A DNA stretch of 64,000 bases from Paramoeba atlantica. Its lineage: Eukaryota > Protista > Discosea. The first letter of the stretch is position 1. Each line of letters starts with the position of its first letter. Location of the stretch: positions 124,001 to 188,000 of the forward strand of contig CDRNVI010000170.1 in assembly GCA_977017575.1 (NCBI GenBank), written 5' to 3'. The notes below the pieces were generated by a model. That model did not search any database, was not told the DNA's origin, and saw nothing but the letters and a program-made list of their open reading frames with translations. Positions 52,187 through 62,272 of the stretch are shown piece by piece. A program made the translations under genes and the position numbers.

Positions 52187-52713
52187 CCTACCAAAAAAAA
52201 ATAAAAAAAAATTAATTTTGAAGTTCATAAACATCAAAAAACAATTTTTTATGAGCCATCAAAAGTGCACAACACATCACATCATAAAAAAAATTCCGGA
52301 TTTTTTTTTTTTTGGATATTGGCAAAATTGGGTGGGAATTTTGTTGTTTGAGAGTGTGTCAAGGGCTTTGTAGGAGAGAACAATTTTTTTTCAATTTTTT
52401 TTTCTTTTCTTATTGGAATAAGGTTCTTATAACCCCCTTCTTGTGAGTTTAGTTTTCTCTTCTGTGACTCTGAGAATTTTTTTTTTGGAAGGTCATACCC
52501 AAGGTAGTACCAAAAAATCAATTTTTCTCTTTTGGATTGAGACATTTCACAGATGTTTGGGGGGGGGAAAATTGAGAAAAATATTGTGGTTGATGTGATA
52601 AAAAAAGATTTTTAACTTTCAGTAATCCTCCCTTGAAATCAATGATTCAAAAAGTCACCCGGGAAGGTCACCTCAACGGCAGCAAAAAGTGGATAAAAAA
52701 GAAGAAAAAAAAA

Positions 52714-52786
52714 TGGAGATGCCGGGTTTCGATCCCGGTACCTTCCGCATGCTAAGCGGACGCGATACCAACTTCGCCACACCCCC
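52714..52786 (-). tRNA. tRNA-Ala: tRNA-Ala(AGC)
   Basis: TCCGC-TTAGCAT-GCGGA arm; G3:U70 identity pair; ATCGAAA T-loop typical of eukaryotic tRNA-Ala. Confidence 0.96.
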
Positions 52787-53534
52787 TTTTCTTGATAACC
52801 CTCCGAGAGTTCCTTTCTAAAGGAACAAGACTCATGGAGAAGACAAAAGGAGACAGAAACAAGAAAAAAGGAGAGAAAGACAGAAGGAAAAATCCAAAGA
52901 GGACTGCACATTTATTCCATCCCGACCCACCCTACATGAGCCAAGTGCATTGACATAACAGACAAGCCAAAAGGGCTTGGAAGTGAAATGATCACCAGAT
53001 CCAAGAAGAATCTGGAAACTGAAAGGTTGAATGGTTCTACCCGAGACATGTATCCACACATCTGATGCTCATCGACGAATCCGTACTCCAAAGTGGAGAG
53101 TCCAAACGCATAGTCCAATGCCAAAGTCCAAGGTGCAAGACCAAGGAGCAAAAGGAAAGAACAAAGGAGAGCAAGCAGCAAGGGTGGGGTGGACGGGATG
53201 AACACAAGAAAACAATGTTCACGAGAACGAAGGAACAAAAAGAAAAGTGAAAAAGAAAGAAGAAAGAAGCGAGAGCGGTGACACTGGTCGAGATTCCAAT
53301 CTCAGAGACCAACAGGGTCTGACGTCAGCCACCTTACCAGAAAAAAGGAGACCCCAGGTGAGGGAAAAGTCACCCTCTACAGGTTACCCCGCTTTCCTAA
53401 TTGGAAAGCGGCCATAACCCTCCGAGAGTTCCTTTCTAAAGGAACAAGACTCATGGAGAAGACAAAAGGAGACAGAAACAAGAAAAAAGGAGAGAAAGAC
53501 AGAAGGAAAAATCCAAAGAGGACTGCACAAATAG

Positions 53535-54842
53535 TTATGGTTGGGTCATGGTCCCTGGTGAGACCATCAAGGAGAAAAGTTCTGTTTTCGACGCCATAAT
53601 GCCAGCAATGTATCTCCTGATAGTGTCCGAGCGCCAGTCTCCACACGTACGGATGACCAATTCAGGGGCTCCGCCCAGAGCTGCACTGATTGCACCGCCA
53701 ACCCTTCCACTTTTTCCCGTGAATCTGGAGCCCATGGAAGGATCCACCGCTGCTGCAATGAAGTTGAAAATGGTGCCCATTATGCCAGGGGGAAGAGGAA
53801 GCTCTTTCGCATCTGCAAACAGTGGGCTTGCATCTGTACCATTTTCGTATCGAGCAATACACAGTAAGTACACAGCGCATGGAAGGCAAAAGGTTCTAAT
53901 GGAATCCGAAGAGCAAGACAAAAGATGCCATGGATTCTGCTTTAAGATCTTATCAGACTTCCTTGCTCTGAGACGTACCCAAACACCACTCTGAGCGAGG
54001 TGAACGTCCGAGAGGAGGATCTTACCAATTTCACCAGGGCGCAACATTAGACGACAAGCCAACGCAGCGATGACCGCATAGAACTTGGTCGAAGAGGAAC
54101 CGGTTTCCCATGCAAGGATTGCCAAAGACATGGGAAATGGCTGAACATCAGGGAGTTTTCTTGGCACCTTCCTGGCTGCAATGACGACTGACTGATCCAC
54201 AACTGGTGGGGTAAGGCCGAGATCTTTGTGAATTCTTCTTACCGCAGAAATGACACTGAGAGCTGCTGCCCCCAGACCATGAGCTAGTTTGGACCGAACA
54301 TATTCTGACAACACTGCATTTGTCGCAGGGAAAGCGCAATAGTCTCTTTCACATGCCCAGGAGTTGAAGGCCGCACATATCGTGAGGTAGCTGGCTCTGG
54401 TGGAGGGCTCAAGCGGGTCACAAAGAGGTTCGGGCAAAACCAAACTGCTATCCATTTTGTCAATGAAATCTGTGACAGTTCTGTTGAACAACCGACCGGT
54501 TGATGCATTGTTCCTGACGTCCAATCCAAAGTGAGCAGCCAAGCGCTTCCACGTAACAGGGGTTGTAACCACGGACATTTCCACAACGGCACAACGACCA
54601 GGGCATGTGTTTGAGATTCGAAGAGAGTTGCTAATGCTGGTGCAATTATACTCAGAGGGGGACACATCCACGCTTTCTGTGGCCAAGTTTTTGCAAATGC
54701 ATTGACGCCTGCACTGTTTGGACAAAGGGTCATTGAGAAGAAGCAAGGAACAACCGCTGACAGATTGCAGGCGAACAGATCCATGTCTAGGGGGGGAACA
54801 ATGCTCAGCAGAAGTGACCAAACCCAAGGTAACGTCATCCAA
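53535..54842 (-). CDS. Tyrosine recombinase
   Basis: RLMLRPGEI (R), RKSDK (K), FTGKSGRVGGA (H-x-x-R variant), CGDWRSDTIRRY (W..Y). Confidence 0.9.
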   Translation of the reverse strand: MDDVTLGLVTSAEHCSPPRHGSVRLQSVSGCSLLLLNDPLSKQCRRQCICKNLATESVDVSPSEYNCTSISNSLRISNTCPGRCAVVEMSVVTTPVTWKRLAAHFGLDVRNNASTGRLFNRTVTDFIDKMDSSLVLPEPLCDPLEPSTRASYLTICAAFNSWACERDYCAFPATNAVLSEYVRSKLAHGLGAAALSVISAVRRIHKDLGLTPPVVDQSVVIAARKVPRKLPDVQPFPMSLAILAWETGSSSTKFYAVIAALACRLMLRPGEIGKILLSDVHLAQSGVWVRLRARKSDKILKQNPWHLLSCSSDSIRTFCLPCAVYLLCIARYENGTDASPLFADAKELPLPPGIMGTIFNFIAAAVDPSMGSRFTGKSGRVGGAISAALGGAPELVIRTCGDWRSDTIRRYIAGIMASKTELFSLMVSPGTMTQP

Positions 54843-56407
54843 GATCCCCGATCATTGAGACAAGAAGGAGCGTCGGCTGGATTTATTGCTGACGGGATGT
54901 AACAAGGATTCCACAAATGCAGATCGTTCCGTAGGAGAAGAAGAACGGCCTTTCTTGCTATTGAGTCCAGAAAATCGTTCCTGCTTCCCCCCTTCTTTAG
55001 AGCATAAAGAGCCACCACATTGTCTATGAGAGGTTGGATTGTGTTGCCCCTCCGAATCACCTTCAGGTTGAGGGAAGTCTGTATTGCCTCCATGAAAGCC
55101 AAGAGTTCCAGTGCTGCAATGGAGAACATTGCTGTCTCGTCGCTGAACCGGCTTGCCACTGAGATTGTACCTTCCTCTGCATCTATCACAAATCCCCATC
55201 CCGTCCAACATTCTGACTTGGAAGCATCTGAGACAACGATCTTGGTTTGTAGAGGGCGGGAGAATGGCCTCCCATTGTTCTCGTAAATCTGAGTCCAGAG
55301 AAAGGTCAGGATTGCGATTGTCATTGGTGGAACCACCACGTAAGAATCCCACATCCATGTAGGTCTCAGAATCCTCAAGGGTTTTCGTGCTGGGCTGGCA
55401 ATCTTGACAATGTCCAACACTGGTGCCAGAGAAGTTAGCGTCCCCATCACTTTGGCAAGTTGCCAGGCTGTGACATTCCCTAAGAGCAAGAGAGCAATTG
55501 TGTTTTCGATGACTGCGAGTGCCTTTGCCTTTCTTGCTTCTGTTATGAACAGCATGGAGATCGTCGAGTCTATTCTGAGGCCCATGTACACCAGATTCTG
55601 AGTTGGAGTCAATTTGCACTTGTGAAAGGCAATCTTGAAACCCAGATTCTCGAAGAAGGGGAGAATGAAACCGCGAACCATATGGTCCAGAAAGAGAGGA
55701 GAAGAAGCTGTCATTAGAAAGTCGTCGACCCACACCAGAATGGACACTCCTGGGCACAGGACTCGAAGGATCTTTGCAAGTTCCAGAGAGGTTTTGGCTG
55801 CAACAAAAGCTGAGATCTTGAATCTGAACATTGTGGCTAGGAACAGGAAGAATTTCTCGTTCAGCTGAAAGCCCATCCACTGTTGGCTGTCTTGGTGGAG
55901 CATGAAGTGGAGATAAAAATCGCTCAGATCGATGGTCACCATGTAAGCATCCTTGGGAATCACCATGGAGAAGAATGGGATCACTTTGAGCCTCAACTTC
56001 TGATACAGGGAATAAAGTTTGTCCACTCGTGTACCCACAACAACCAGTCTCAGAGTCTTGCACGGGCACGAACCACTCTTGGGTGCAGTCTTGAGAGCGT
56101 TTACAGCGAAGGGGGGAGAGCTGACCTCCTTCACCACAGAAAGACGACGAAGTCTCTGAATTTTGTTTGTGACAAAAGCAGTGTGTTCCACCGGAAACTT
56201 GTTCTGAGCATGAAAAGGCTGAGCACTGGCATTTATCGGGATGCGTACCCCTGTGTTGACCCACTCCAGGACATCTGAAGGTAGAGGTAACGTGTTCCAA
56301 ACACTTCGACGACTGTGCAATCGTGCTGGAAGGTTGGTTCGGCTTGGGAGGGGATGAAGCGAGCAAAAGGGGGCTCTTGGCAGCGTCATAACCCTCAACC
56401 AGGCCAA
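54284..56407 (-). CDS. pol: DIRS-type RT / RNase H / methyltransferase-like domain
   Basis: IDLSDFYLHF, VWVDD, VSDASK..GWG, LELLA, DNVVA, NPADAPS; C-terminal DLFA..GVNAF..WMCPP. Confidence 0.95.
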   Translation of the reverse strand: MAWLRVMTLPRAPFCSLHPLPSRTNLPARLHSRRSVWNTLPLPSDVLEWVNTGVRIPINASAQPFHAQNKFPVEHTAFVTNKIQRLRRLSVVKEVSSPPFAVNALKTAPKSGSCPCKTLRLVVVGTRVDKLYSLYQKLRLKVIPFFSMVIPKDAYMVTIDLSDFYLHFMLHQDSQQWMGFQLNEKFFLFLATMFRFKISAFVAAKTSLELAKILRVLCPGVSILVWVDDFLMTASSPLFLDHMVRGFILPFFENLGFKIAFHKCKLTPTQNLVYMGLRIDSTISMLFITEARKAKALAVIENTIALLLLGNVTAWQLAKVMGTLTSLAPVLDIVKIASPARKPLRILRPTWMWDSYVVVPPMTIAILTFLWTQIYENNGRPFSRPLQTKIVVSDASKSECWTGWGFVIDAEEGTISVASRFSDETAMFSIAALELLAFMEAIQTSLNLKVIRRGNTIQPLIDNVVALYALKKGGSRNDFLDSIARKAVLLLLRNDLHLWNPCYIPSAINPADAPSCLNDRGSWMTLPWVWSLLLSIVPPLDMDLFACNLSAVVPCFFSMTLCPNSAGVNAFAKTWPQKAWMCPPLSIIAPALATLFESQTHALVVVPLWKCPWLQPLLRGSAWLLTLDWTSGTMHQPVGCSTELSQISLTKWIAVWFCPNLFVTRLSPPPEPATSRYVRPSTPGHVKETIALSLRQMQCCQNMFGPN
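54852..56366 (-). CDS. Long ORF overlapping RT, in frame with the YR (separated by one TGA)
   Basis: 504 codons in an alternative frame of RT; comparable to the overlapping ORF3 of DIRS-1. Confidence 0.65.
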   Translation of the reverse strand: MLASSPPKPNQPSSTIAQSSKCLEHVTSTFRCPGVGQHRGTHPDKCQCSAFSCSEQVSGGTHCFCHKQNSETSSSFCGEGGQLSPLRCKRSQDCTQEWFVPVQDSETGCCGYTSGQTLFPVSEVEAQSDPILLHGDSQGCLHGDHRSERFLSPLHAPPRQPTVDGLSAEREILPVPSHNVQIQDLSFCCSQNLSGTCKDPSSPVPRSVHSGVGRRLSNDSFFSSLSGPYGSRFHSPLLRESGFQDCLSQVQIDSNSESGVHGPQNRLDDLHAVHNRSKKGKGTRSHRKHNCSLALRECHSLATCQSDGDANFSGTSVGHCQDCQPSTKTLEDSETYMDVGFLRGGSTNDNRNPDLSLDSDLREQWEAILPPSTNQDRCLRCFQVRMLDGMGICDRCRGRYNLSGKPVQRRDSNVLHCSTGTLGFHGGNTDFPQPEGDSEGQHNPTSHRQCGGSLCSKEGGKQERFSGLNSKKGRSSSPTERSAFVESLLHPVSNKSSRRSFLSQ

Positions 56408-56508
56408 AGGGTCAGGAATGATCCTCAGAAGAGGAAGAACTAGAGGAGGAAGCCCTGTTGCGTGACTTCCTGCGCTTCCTACGACTCTTCTTTTTCACCA
56501 CAGTTGTA

Positions 56509-57552
56509 TCAGATGACCGGGGGGGGAGTCGGCACAGGCGACGCCACGACTGGAGGCATTTGATACGGACCAGGGAACTGAGGGGGGAAAGGTGGCCAGA
56601 AACCCATGGGGAAAGAAGGAACTGCTGGACCAGGAACTTGGTTCAAAGAACCATTGATCTGGTTCAAAGCTTGCTCAGCCGACTTTGGGACAACCAGAGC
56701 AGGCGCCGCCGCAGCCTTGGCCTTATTAGGGCAACTTCTAGAAGAGTGACCACTTTCGCCGCAGGAGAAACAACCTTTTTTGTTTGGTCTGGCAGTAGTG
56801 ATACCGCGCGCAGGAAGGGCAAGGTCCCACCCTCTCAAATCAGCGTCACAAAGTAAGTCCGCACAAACCCGAATAAACTGGCTCAGGAACTTAGCATAGT
56901 GACCAGGATTTCCACCTGACGCGGCTTCCTCGAGGACCTTCTCCACGAGAGCATCACAAGTACGGAGGACAGACAATTCATTGACATTTCTTGCTGCCTT
57001 CTTCGATGTGGCCCACGTCTCCCAACGATTGAGAGGCTCAAACTGAGGCCAGGTGAAAGGGTTGTCCAAAATATACGACCGCGCGGGGTCATGTTTAAGT
57101 GTAGAACGACCACAAGTCGGTTTGATGAAACCAGGAGGAGGAATTTGCAAGGACAAGCCAGGAATTTCGTTCGACCCAGCTGGCGTACACAACTGTGGCG
57201 AAGGGGAGGGGGAAGGAGCGGGAGCACTCAATGTATTCTGACCAAAGTTGGGAGAAGACGAGGGAGGGTCCAGAGGAGACCACGTCGAGCATGTAGAAGA
57301 TGAGGAGGAGGAGATACCAGAACCTGGAGACAGGTTGCTTGAGGGTGGGGTTGACAACAAAGACAAGTTGAGACCGCTTGGATCCCTGTCCACAACAGTT
57401 TGGAGCAAACTAGTGAGAGCATCAAACCGCTTTTCCAAGGAAGCAAGACGATCAGCGGGTTGTGTGGCATCGCCCATCGCGACCTCGTATTCGGTATCAG
57501 AATCGTGAGTGTCTGACATCGTAGTACACAATACGGCCAAACAGAAAAACAA
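56509..57552 (-). CDS. gag: gag-like ORF1
   Basis: CFSCGESGHSSRSC zinc knuckle, Ser/Pro-rich, first ORF of the element. Confidence 0.85.
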   Translation of the reverse strand: MFFCLAVLCTTMSDTHDSDTEYEVAMGDATQPADRLASLEKRFDALTSLLQTVVDRDPSGLNLSLLSTPPSSNLSPGSGISSSSSSTCSTWSPLDPPSSSPNFGQNTLSAPAPSPSPSPQLCTPAGSNEIPGLSLQIPPPGFIKPTCGRSTLKHDPARSYILDNPFTWPQFEPLNRWETWATSKKAARNVNELSVLRTCDALVEKVLEEAASGGNPGHYAKFLSQFIRVCADLLCDADLRGWDLALPARGITTARPNKKGCFSCGESGHSSRSCPNKAKAAAAPALVVPKSAEQALNQINGSLNQVPGPAVPSFPMGFWPPFPPQFPGPYQMPPVVASPVPTPPPVI

Positions 57553-58279
57553 AGGGTAAAAAAGGCACTAGGCAACAAAAAACCCAATAAACAGAACACA
57601 AAAAACCAATAGCATCAGGCTCACGAACGGAACACAAGAAAACAACGTTCACGAGAACGAAGGAACAAAAAGAAAAGTGAAAAAGAAAGAAGAAAGAAGT
57701 GAGAGCGGTGACACTGGTCGAGATTCCAATCTCAGAGACCAACAGGGTCTGACGTCAGCCACCTTACCAGAAAAAAGGAGACCCCGGGTGAGGGAAAAGT
57801 CACCCTCTACAGGTTACCCCGCTTTCCTAATTGGAAAGCGGCCAAAAGTTGAAGCAAAGATTGAATGTCTTTCATTTTCAGATCCCCTTGACCAGAAAAG
57901 AGGTTTTCCATTTTGAGGCTGTGAAGAGAGCCTCCAGCAAGAAATGAGAAGAATGTCCATCAAGAAGAAGGATGACTGGTTTATCTTTTTGTCTGGCAAT
58001 TTTGTTTTTCCAAGCAATGAAGAGGAGCATATTAATCTTCCCAACTTTCTAGCAGTTCAGCCATGTTAACACGGAGGTCATGAACAATGACCAAAGTGTC
58101 AAAGCATGGATAAGTCATAAAGGTGTTTTTATTGGTTGTTTCACCAAAAGAGTTTGTTTGCCGAAGTCGGCTTGATGAAAAGTTGCTAGAATTATCAACC
58201 AATAAAAACATGTCACATCAACCAAATCACTTTCATCCAACAATTTGCCATCGATAGGGAGAGGTGGGAGGGTCACAAA

Positions 58280-58355
58280 CTTATCCATGCTTTGACACTT
58301 CGGTCATTGTTCATGACCTCTGTGTTAACAAAGCATGGTAAGTCATAAAGGTGTT
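58280..58355. repeat. Internal complementary region (ICR)
   Basis: 58280-58330 is the reverse complement of 58064-58113; 58331-58355 is the reverse complement of 62962-62986. Confidence 0.9.
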
Positions 58356-58461
58356 CAATTCATAAAATTCGGACCCACTCCAAAATCAGAAAAAGCAAAA
58401 CCATAGATCTCCCTCGATTGGATCCCATACAAGGAACTCAAGGTTCAATTCAAGTCGCAGA

Positions 58462-59583
58462 TCACTCATCCTCATGGTCATACAGAAAGTCCTCTTCATC
58501 AAGATCTTGATCATCATCCTCAGGGATCGCATTGGCAAAAATTTGAACCATCAGGTCTGGACCAAAATCAGTGCGATTATAAAATTTCTCCACTAAATTC
58601 CTCAATTTGTGTCCAGTTCTTTCCATAACAACAGCCATGGGAATGCCAATCATTCTCCAGTAAGTAATAGTTGCATGTCTGATGGTTGCAGGCCCAAACT
58701 TGGAGTCAATCCCAGCATTCTTCATCAGTTTCTAGGTGTCTCCAGCCAACATGGTCGGCTTTATCGTCCGGTTGCCTCGATGATGCAGCCACAGGGTCTC
58801 ACAATCCAAAAGGTTATAAGCAGCCATATTGAGGTTCACATAAGCCTTCAGGGCAGAAAATGCACAGATAGGACGATCTTTTTCAAGGGGTAATTTCTCA
58901 ATCACATAATATTTGGAAAAACATCTCCTTTCTGTGTGCTGTGTCTTCCAGTGGAAAAACCGGAACCTCACTGTAGTCTCTGTCCATACCATGGACAGCC
59001 TGTGAATGTGTGCAACATCACTCGTACGTCCAGCAATAGAAGTTCTTACCAAAGTAACCGCTCTTGCACGATGACTAATAAAATGTCCTTCTTCTGGAAG
59101 GTGTTTCCTCAAGTAATCAAACAGGATTTCCAAATTCCACATCTCTGAATATTTAGGCTCAATTGGACATTCTCTCCTAATGGCTTGGGAGAGGCGCTTC
59201 ATCAAAGGGAATTCAACAATGTCAATACCAGCATTCAGACGGAGGCGTGAGGCAATTGCAGTTTGATGGTTCACAAAGGACGACTGGTTTTGAGCCAAAA
59301 ACTCCACAATATGGATGATGCTAAATCTCCACAACTCCTTGGAACTCAGCCACCTCCGAAAAGCTTCAATATTGGTGTCTCTGCGGGAAGAGGTGTCTTC
59401 TCCCACAGCTTTTCTGAGTAATGTAGTGGTGCCCACAGTCATTCCCCAATGCTGCTGCTTCACAGCTGGATCAATGAGATCATCCAACGAAAAGATTGGT
59501 CTGAGGTCTCTTGGGGGAATTGAATGGCCTTCTGATGAATAGAGAGGGAAGTAACTTTGATCTTGTTGATTCTGTGGAACCAA
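58462..59583 (-). pseudogene. Tyrosine recombinase with in-frame TAG at 58732
   Basis: IAGRTSDV (R), HWKT (K), PICAFSAL, AGID..ATIRHA, TGH..FY. Confidence 0.9.
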
Positions 59584-61343
59584 GTTGCTGAAGGGACGTA
59601 TGAGTGGACCAGGAGGAGTGTCACATTCTCTGCTTTGGCCTTGGAGAGAGTTTGATGAATGAGATGAGATGGGGGAAAAGTGTAAATTGTCTCATTGGAC
59701 CATGGGATTGAGAAGGCATCTGTTGCTACTGCTAATGGATCGGTCCTCCGAGAACAAAATCTCTCCATTTTCGTTGAAAAACGTGTTGCAAAAGTGTCCA
59801 GGGTTGGGAATGTCTGAAGATTGAAGCATAGGTTCTCGAACGATTCTTGCAGAAGAAAATAATCCTCTTTGTCCGACAGCCAAGAGAGATGATCTGAGGA
59901 CTTGATCTCCTCCTGAGACAACAGGATGGGAAGTTGTAGAATGTTGTGTTTCTCCATAAATTTCCATGTTGCTGCTGCCATCCTCGAAAGAGTTGGTTCC
60001 TTGCCATAAATTTTGGAAATGTAAGCTTTCACTGTTGAAGAGTCTGTTCCATAAATCGAAACTTCGTCCATGAGGTCCTCGGAGTAATCCAAGACTTGTC
60101 GTCTCCATGTTTCCAGCTCCCTCCAATTGGTGCTCTTCAGCTGTTCTTGGGGAGTCCACAGACCAGCCTGGTCTCCGAATCCCTGGAAGCCATAACCCAT
60201 TGAGCCTGCATCTCCCATTGTCTGAATCATGTGGTGCAGCTCCGTTCTGAGAGGCATAGACAGAAGAAAGGAACAGGATCTCCAGTGTCTGATCTCCACT
60301 CTCGCTTCTTCTGGCACTGGGGCTCGACAAATCCAGCCTCCCTTCTTGATGAGATTGTTCTTGTGAATCTCCAGCTCCATGATCCAAGCAATAGTGTGGG
60401 TGTGAACTTGTGAGATGTACCTCACCTTGCCAATCAGAGATGCAAGGTCCTTAGGAGATGCACACTCCATGTTGATTTTCTTGGCCGCTTTGTTGATCAA
60501 CAGGAGTTTTTTCTCTGGGGCTGAGATGGTGAAAGTCTTTGTATTCCAACAGAATCCTTGAAATTTCACCTCCTTGGAAACATCCTTTGCTGTTTTCTCT
60601 GTGTTGACTAAAAATCCCAGGTTGTGGAGAATCTGGAGGGCAATCAGAGCTTTCTGACGAGCAATAGACTTCACAGTTCCCAGCTGAAGAATCATATCGT
60701 CGACCCAGATGATTACATTGATTCCAAAAGCCTCCATCTTGGTGATCACTGGGGCCATGATGCGTGCCATGATTTGCATTGAGTTCTTGAAGCTGAACGG
60801 CAGTGCTTGCCATTGGTACAGGACTCCGTCCATCCAGAAGCGAAAGTATCTTCGGTGAGCAGGTTTGATCGACATTGACCAGTAGAATTTGCTCAGGTCG
60901 ATCTGATAAAGCCAATTGTCTTGTTCTAAGCGTTGTCATACATCCTTGATTGATTCCATCTTTAGCTTCATCTTCACAGTAATTGCGTTGAGCTCCTTTG
61001 TGTTGCTGCAAAGGTGTCTGTTCTTCTGTTCTGTAACTAGGTTGTGAATGAGTTCTCCACTCTCTCCAATTCTCTCCTCTGGAACTACTTCGATCGCCTC
61101 CCACTGTTCTGCTAGGTCTCTCCAGTCCCATTGTTCCACTGCCATCTCCTCTGTCCACAAAAGTTCTTTTGGTTCCTTCATCTTCACTGCTGTTTTCAAT
61201 AAATTTCTCTGAATGTTGACTCGAACTCCTTGTCTGATCGTCTCCAAGATCCAACTGTCCCTCATGATTGATCTCCACACATCTCTGAATCTTGTCGATT
61301 GAAGTCGACCTGCTCTCTTTGTTTCTTGACTCAACTCTTCCAA
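59460..61343 (-). pseudogene. pol: RT / RNase H / MT with in-frame TGA at 60936
   Basis: AGRLQ..W..WILETIRQG; KDV*QRLEQDNWLYQIDLSKFY; WVDD; DAGSMGYG; TNWRELE; DTFA..DAF..YTFPP. Confidence 0.92.
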
Positions 61344-61531
61344 CCTCTCTGAGAGGAAAATCCTCTTCCCTGTTGGCCATGAAATCCTCTCCCCCTCCCA
61401 TGACCAGGGCCATTTGATTTGCGCTGAGCATCATGCAAAAAGTCATCGAAATCATCCTGAAAGGTCACAGTTCTGTTTGAATGAAAATCCCGATCTTGTT
61501 GTTCACCAAATGGGGCAGGAGAAATTTTTCT

Positions 61532-62272
61532 TCATTTGTTGCTGCTTCCTTTTCTGGTTCCCGCCTTCACAGCTGACTTGATAAGATTGTGGGTCGTTTG
61601 TTTGTCTTTCTTCTCCTTGTAGAACTTGAGATCCTTGTCTGTAAGGCAGGAATGACTACTTCCAATCTTTACTTCATCATGAGACATTGATCGTCTGGCA
61701 ATGTTTCGCATCTCCACGTTCAGTCTTGACATTTCCATGATCATCAAGACGTTCAGTGTATTTAAAGCCTTGTTGTGTTTCTCCTTGTCTTCCGCAGAGT
61801 TGGTGAGCACCTCAGCCACATTGAACATGGAATTGAGAGCCTGCATTGATTCATGAAGAACCAAAGCCTTAGCCTTCTCAATTGGTTTCTTGCTCACATG
61901 GGCTTGGTAAACTTGATCAGGTATTCTCGGCACTTCAACTCCAGGAAGGTTCACAGAGGACCTGACAGACTTGAGGTCCGCTGTTTCATACTTGAGTGTC
62001 CATGGATCCTTCTCTCTCTCGGTCACAAGCTGCGAAAGCAAATCCTTTGGCGCTGTTGATTCGATCATTGTCTTGAAAGGCATTTGTTTTTCGCGTTTGG
62101 ACTTGGGAATGAGCGTAATTGGTTTCTTCTTTTTCTCCTGTTCGAACTTTTCAGAAAGCAAGGAAAAAGAATCTTGTAAATCAGAAAGAGATGTAGTTAA
62201 TTTGCTGATCATCCCTGTTAGAATATCAGTATTCTTGGTTTGAAGAATGTTTGACTTAATGGAGAACATCAT
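61532..62272 (-). CDS. gag: gag-like ORF1 of the DIRS-1-type element
   Basis: Position upstream of RT; coiled-coil-like composition; no diagnostic motif. Confidence 0.6.
   Translation of the reverse strand: MMFSIKSNILQTKNTDILTGMISKLTTSLSDLQDSFSLLSEKFEQEKKKKPITLIPKSKREKQMPFKTMIESTAPKDLLSQLVTEREKDPWTLKYETADLKSVRSSVNLPGVEVPRIPDQVYQAHVSKKPIEKAKALVLHESMQALNSMFNVAEVLTNSAEDKEKHNKALNTLNVLMIMEMSRLNVEMRNIARRSMSHDEVKIGSSHSCLTDKDLKFYKEKKDKQTTHNLIKSAVKAGTRKGSSNK

Larger units (their letters stand above)
46316..52672. mobile_element. Putative ~740-bp MITE (27-bp TIRs) split by the LTR element
   Basis: ggtgaccttccc(a/g)ggtgactttttgaa at 46316-46342 and inverted at 52646-52672 (26/27); non-coding interior; no clear TSD. 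Confidence 0.65.
52796..57844 (-). mobile_element. YR retrotransposon with split direct repeats (PAT/TOC1/Ngaro-like), ~5.05 kb
   Basis: A1 57630-57844, ORFs, B1 53415-53529, A2 53200-53414, 289-bp unique spacer, B2 52796-52910; no TSD. Confidence 0.93.
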
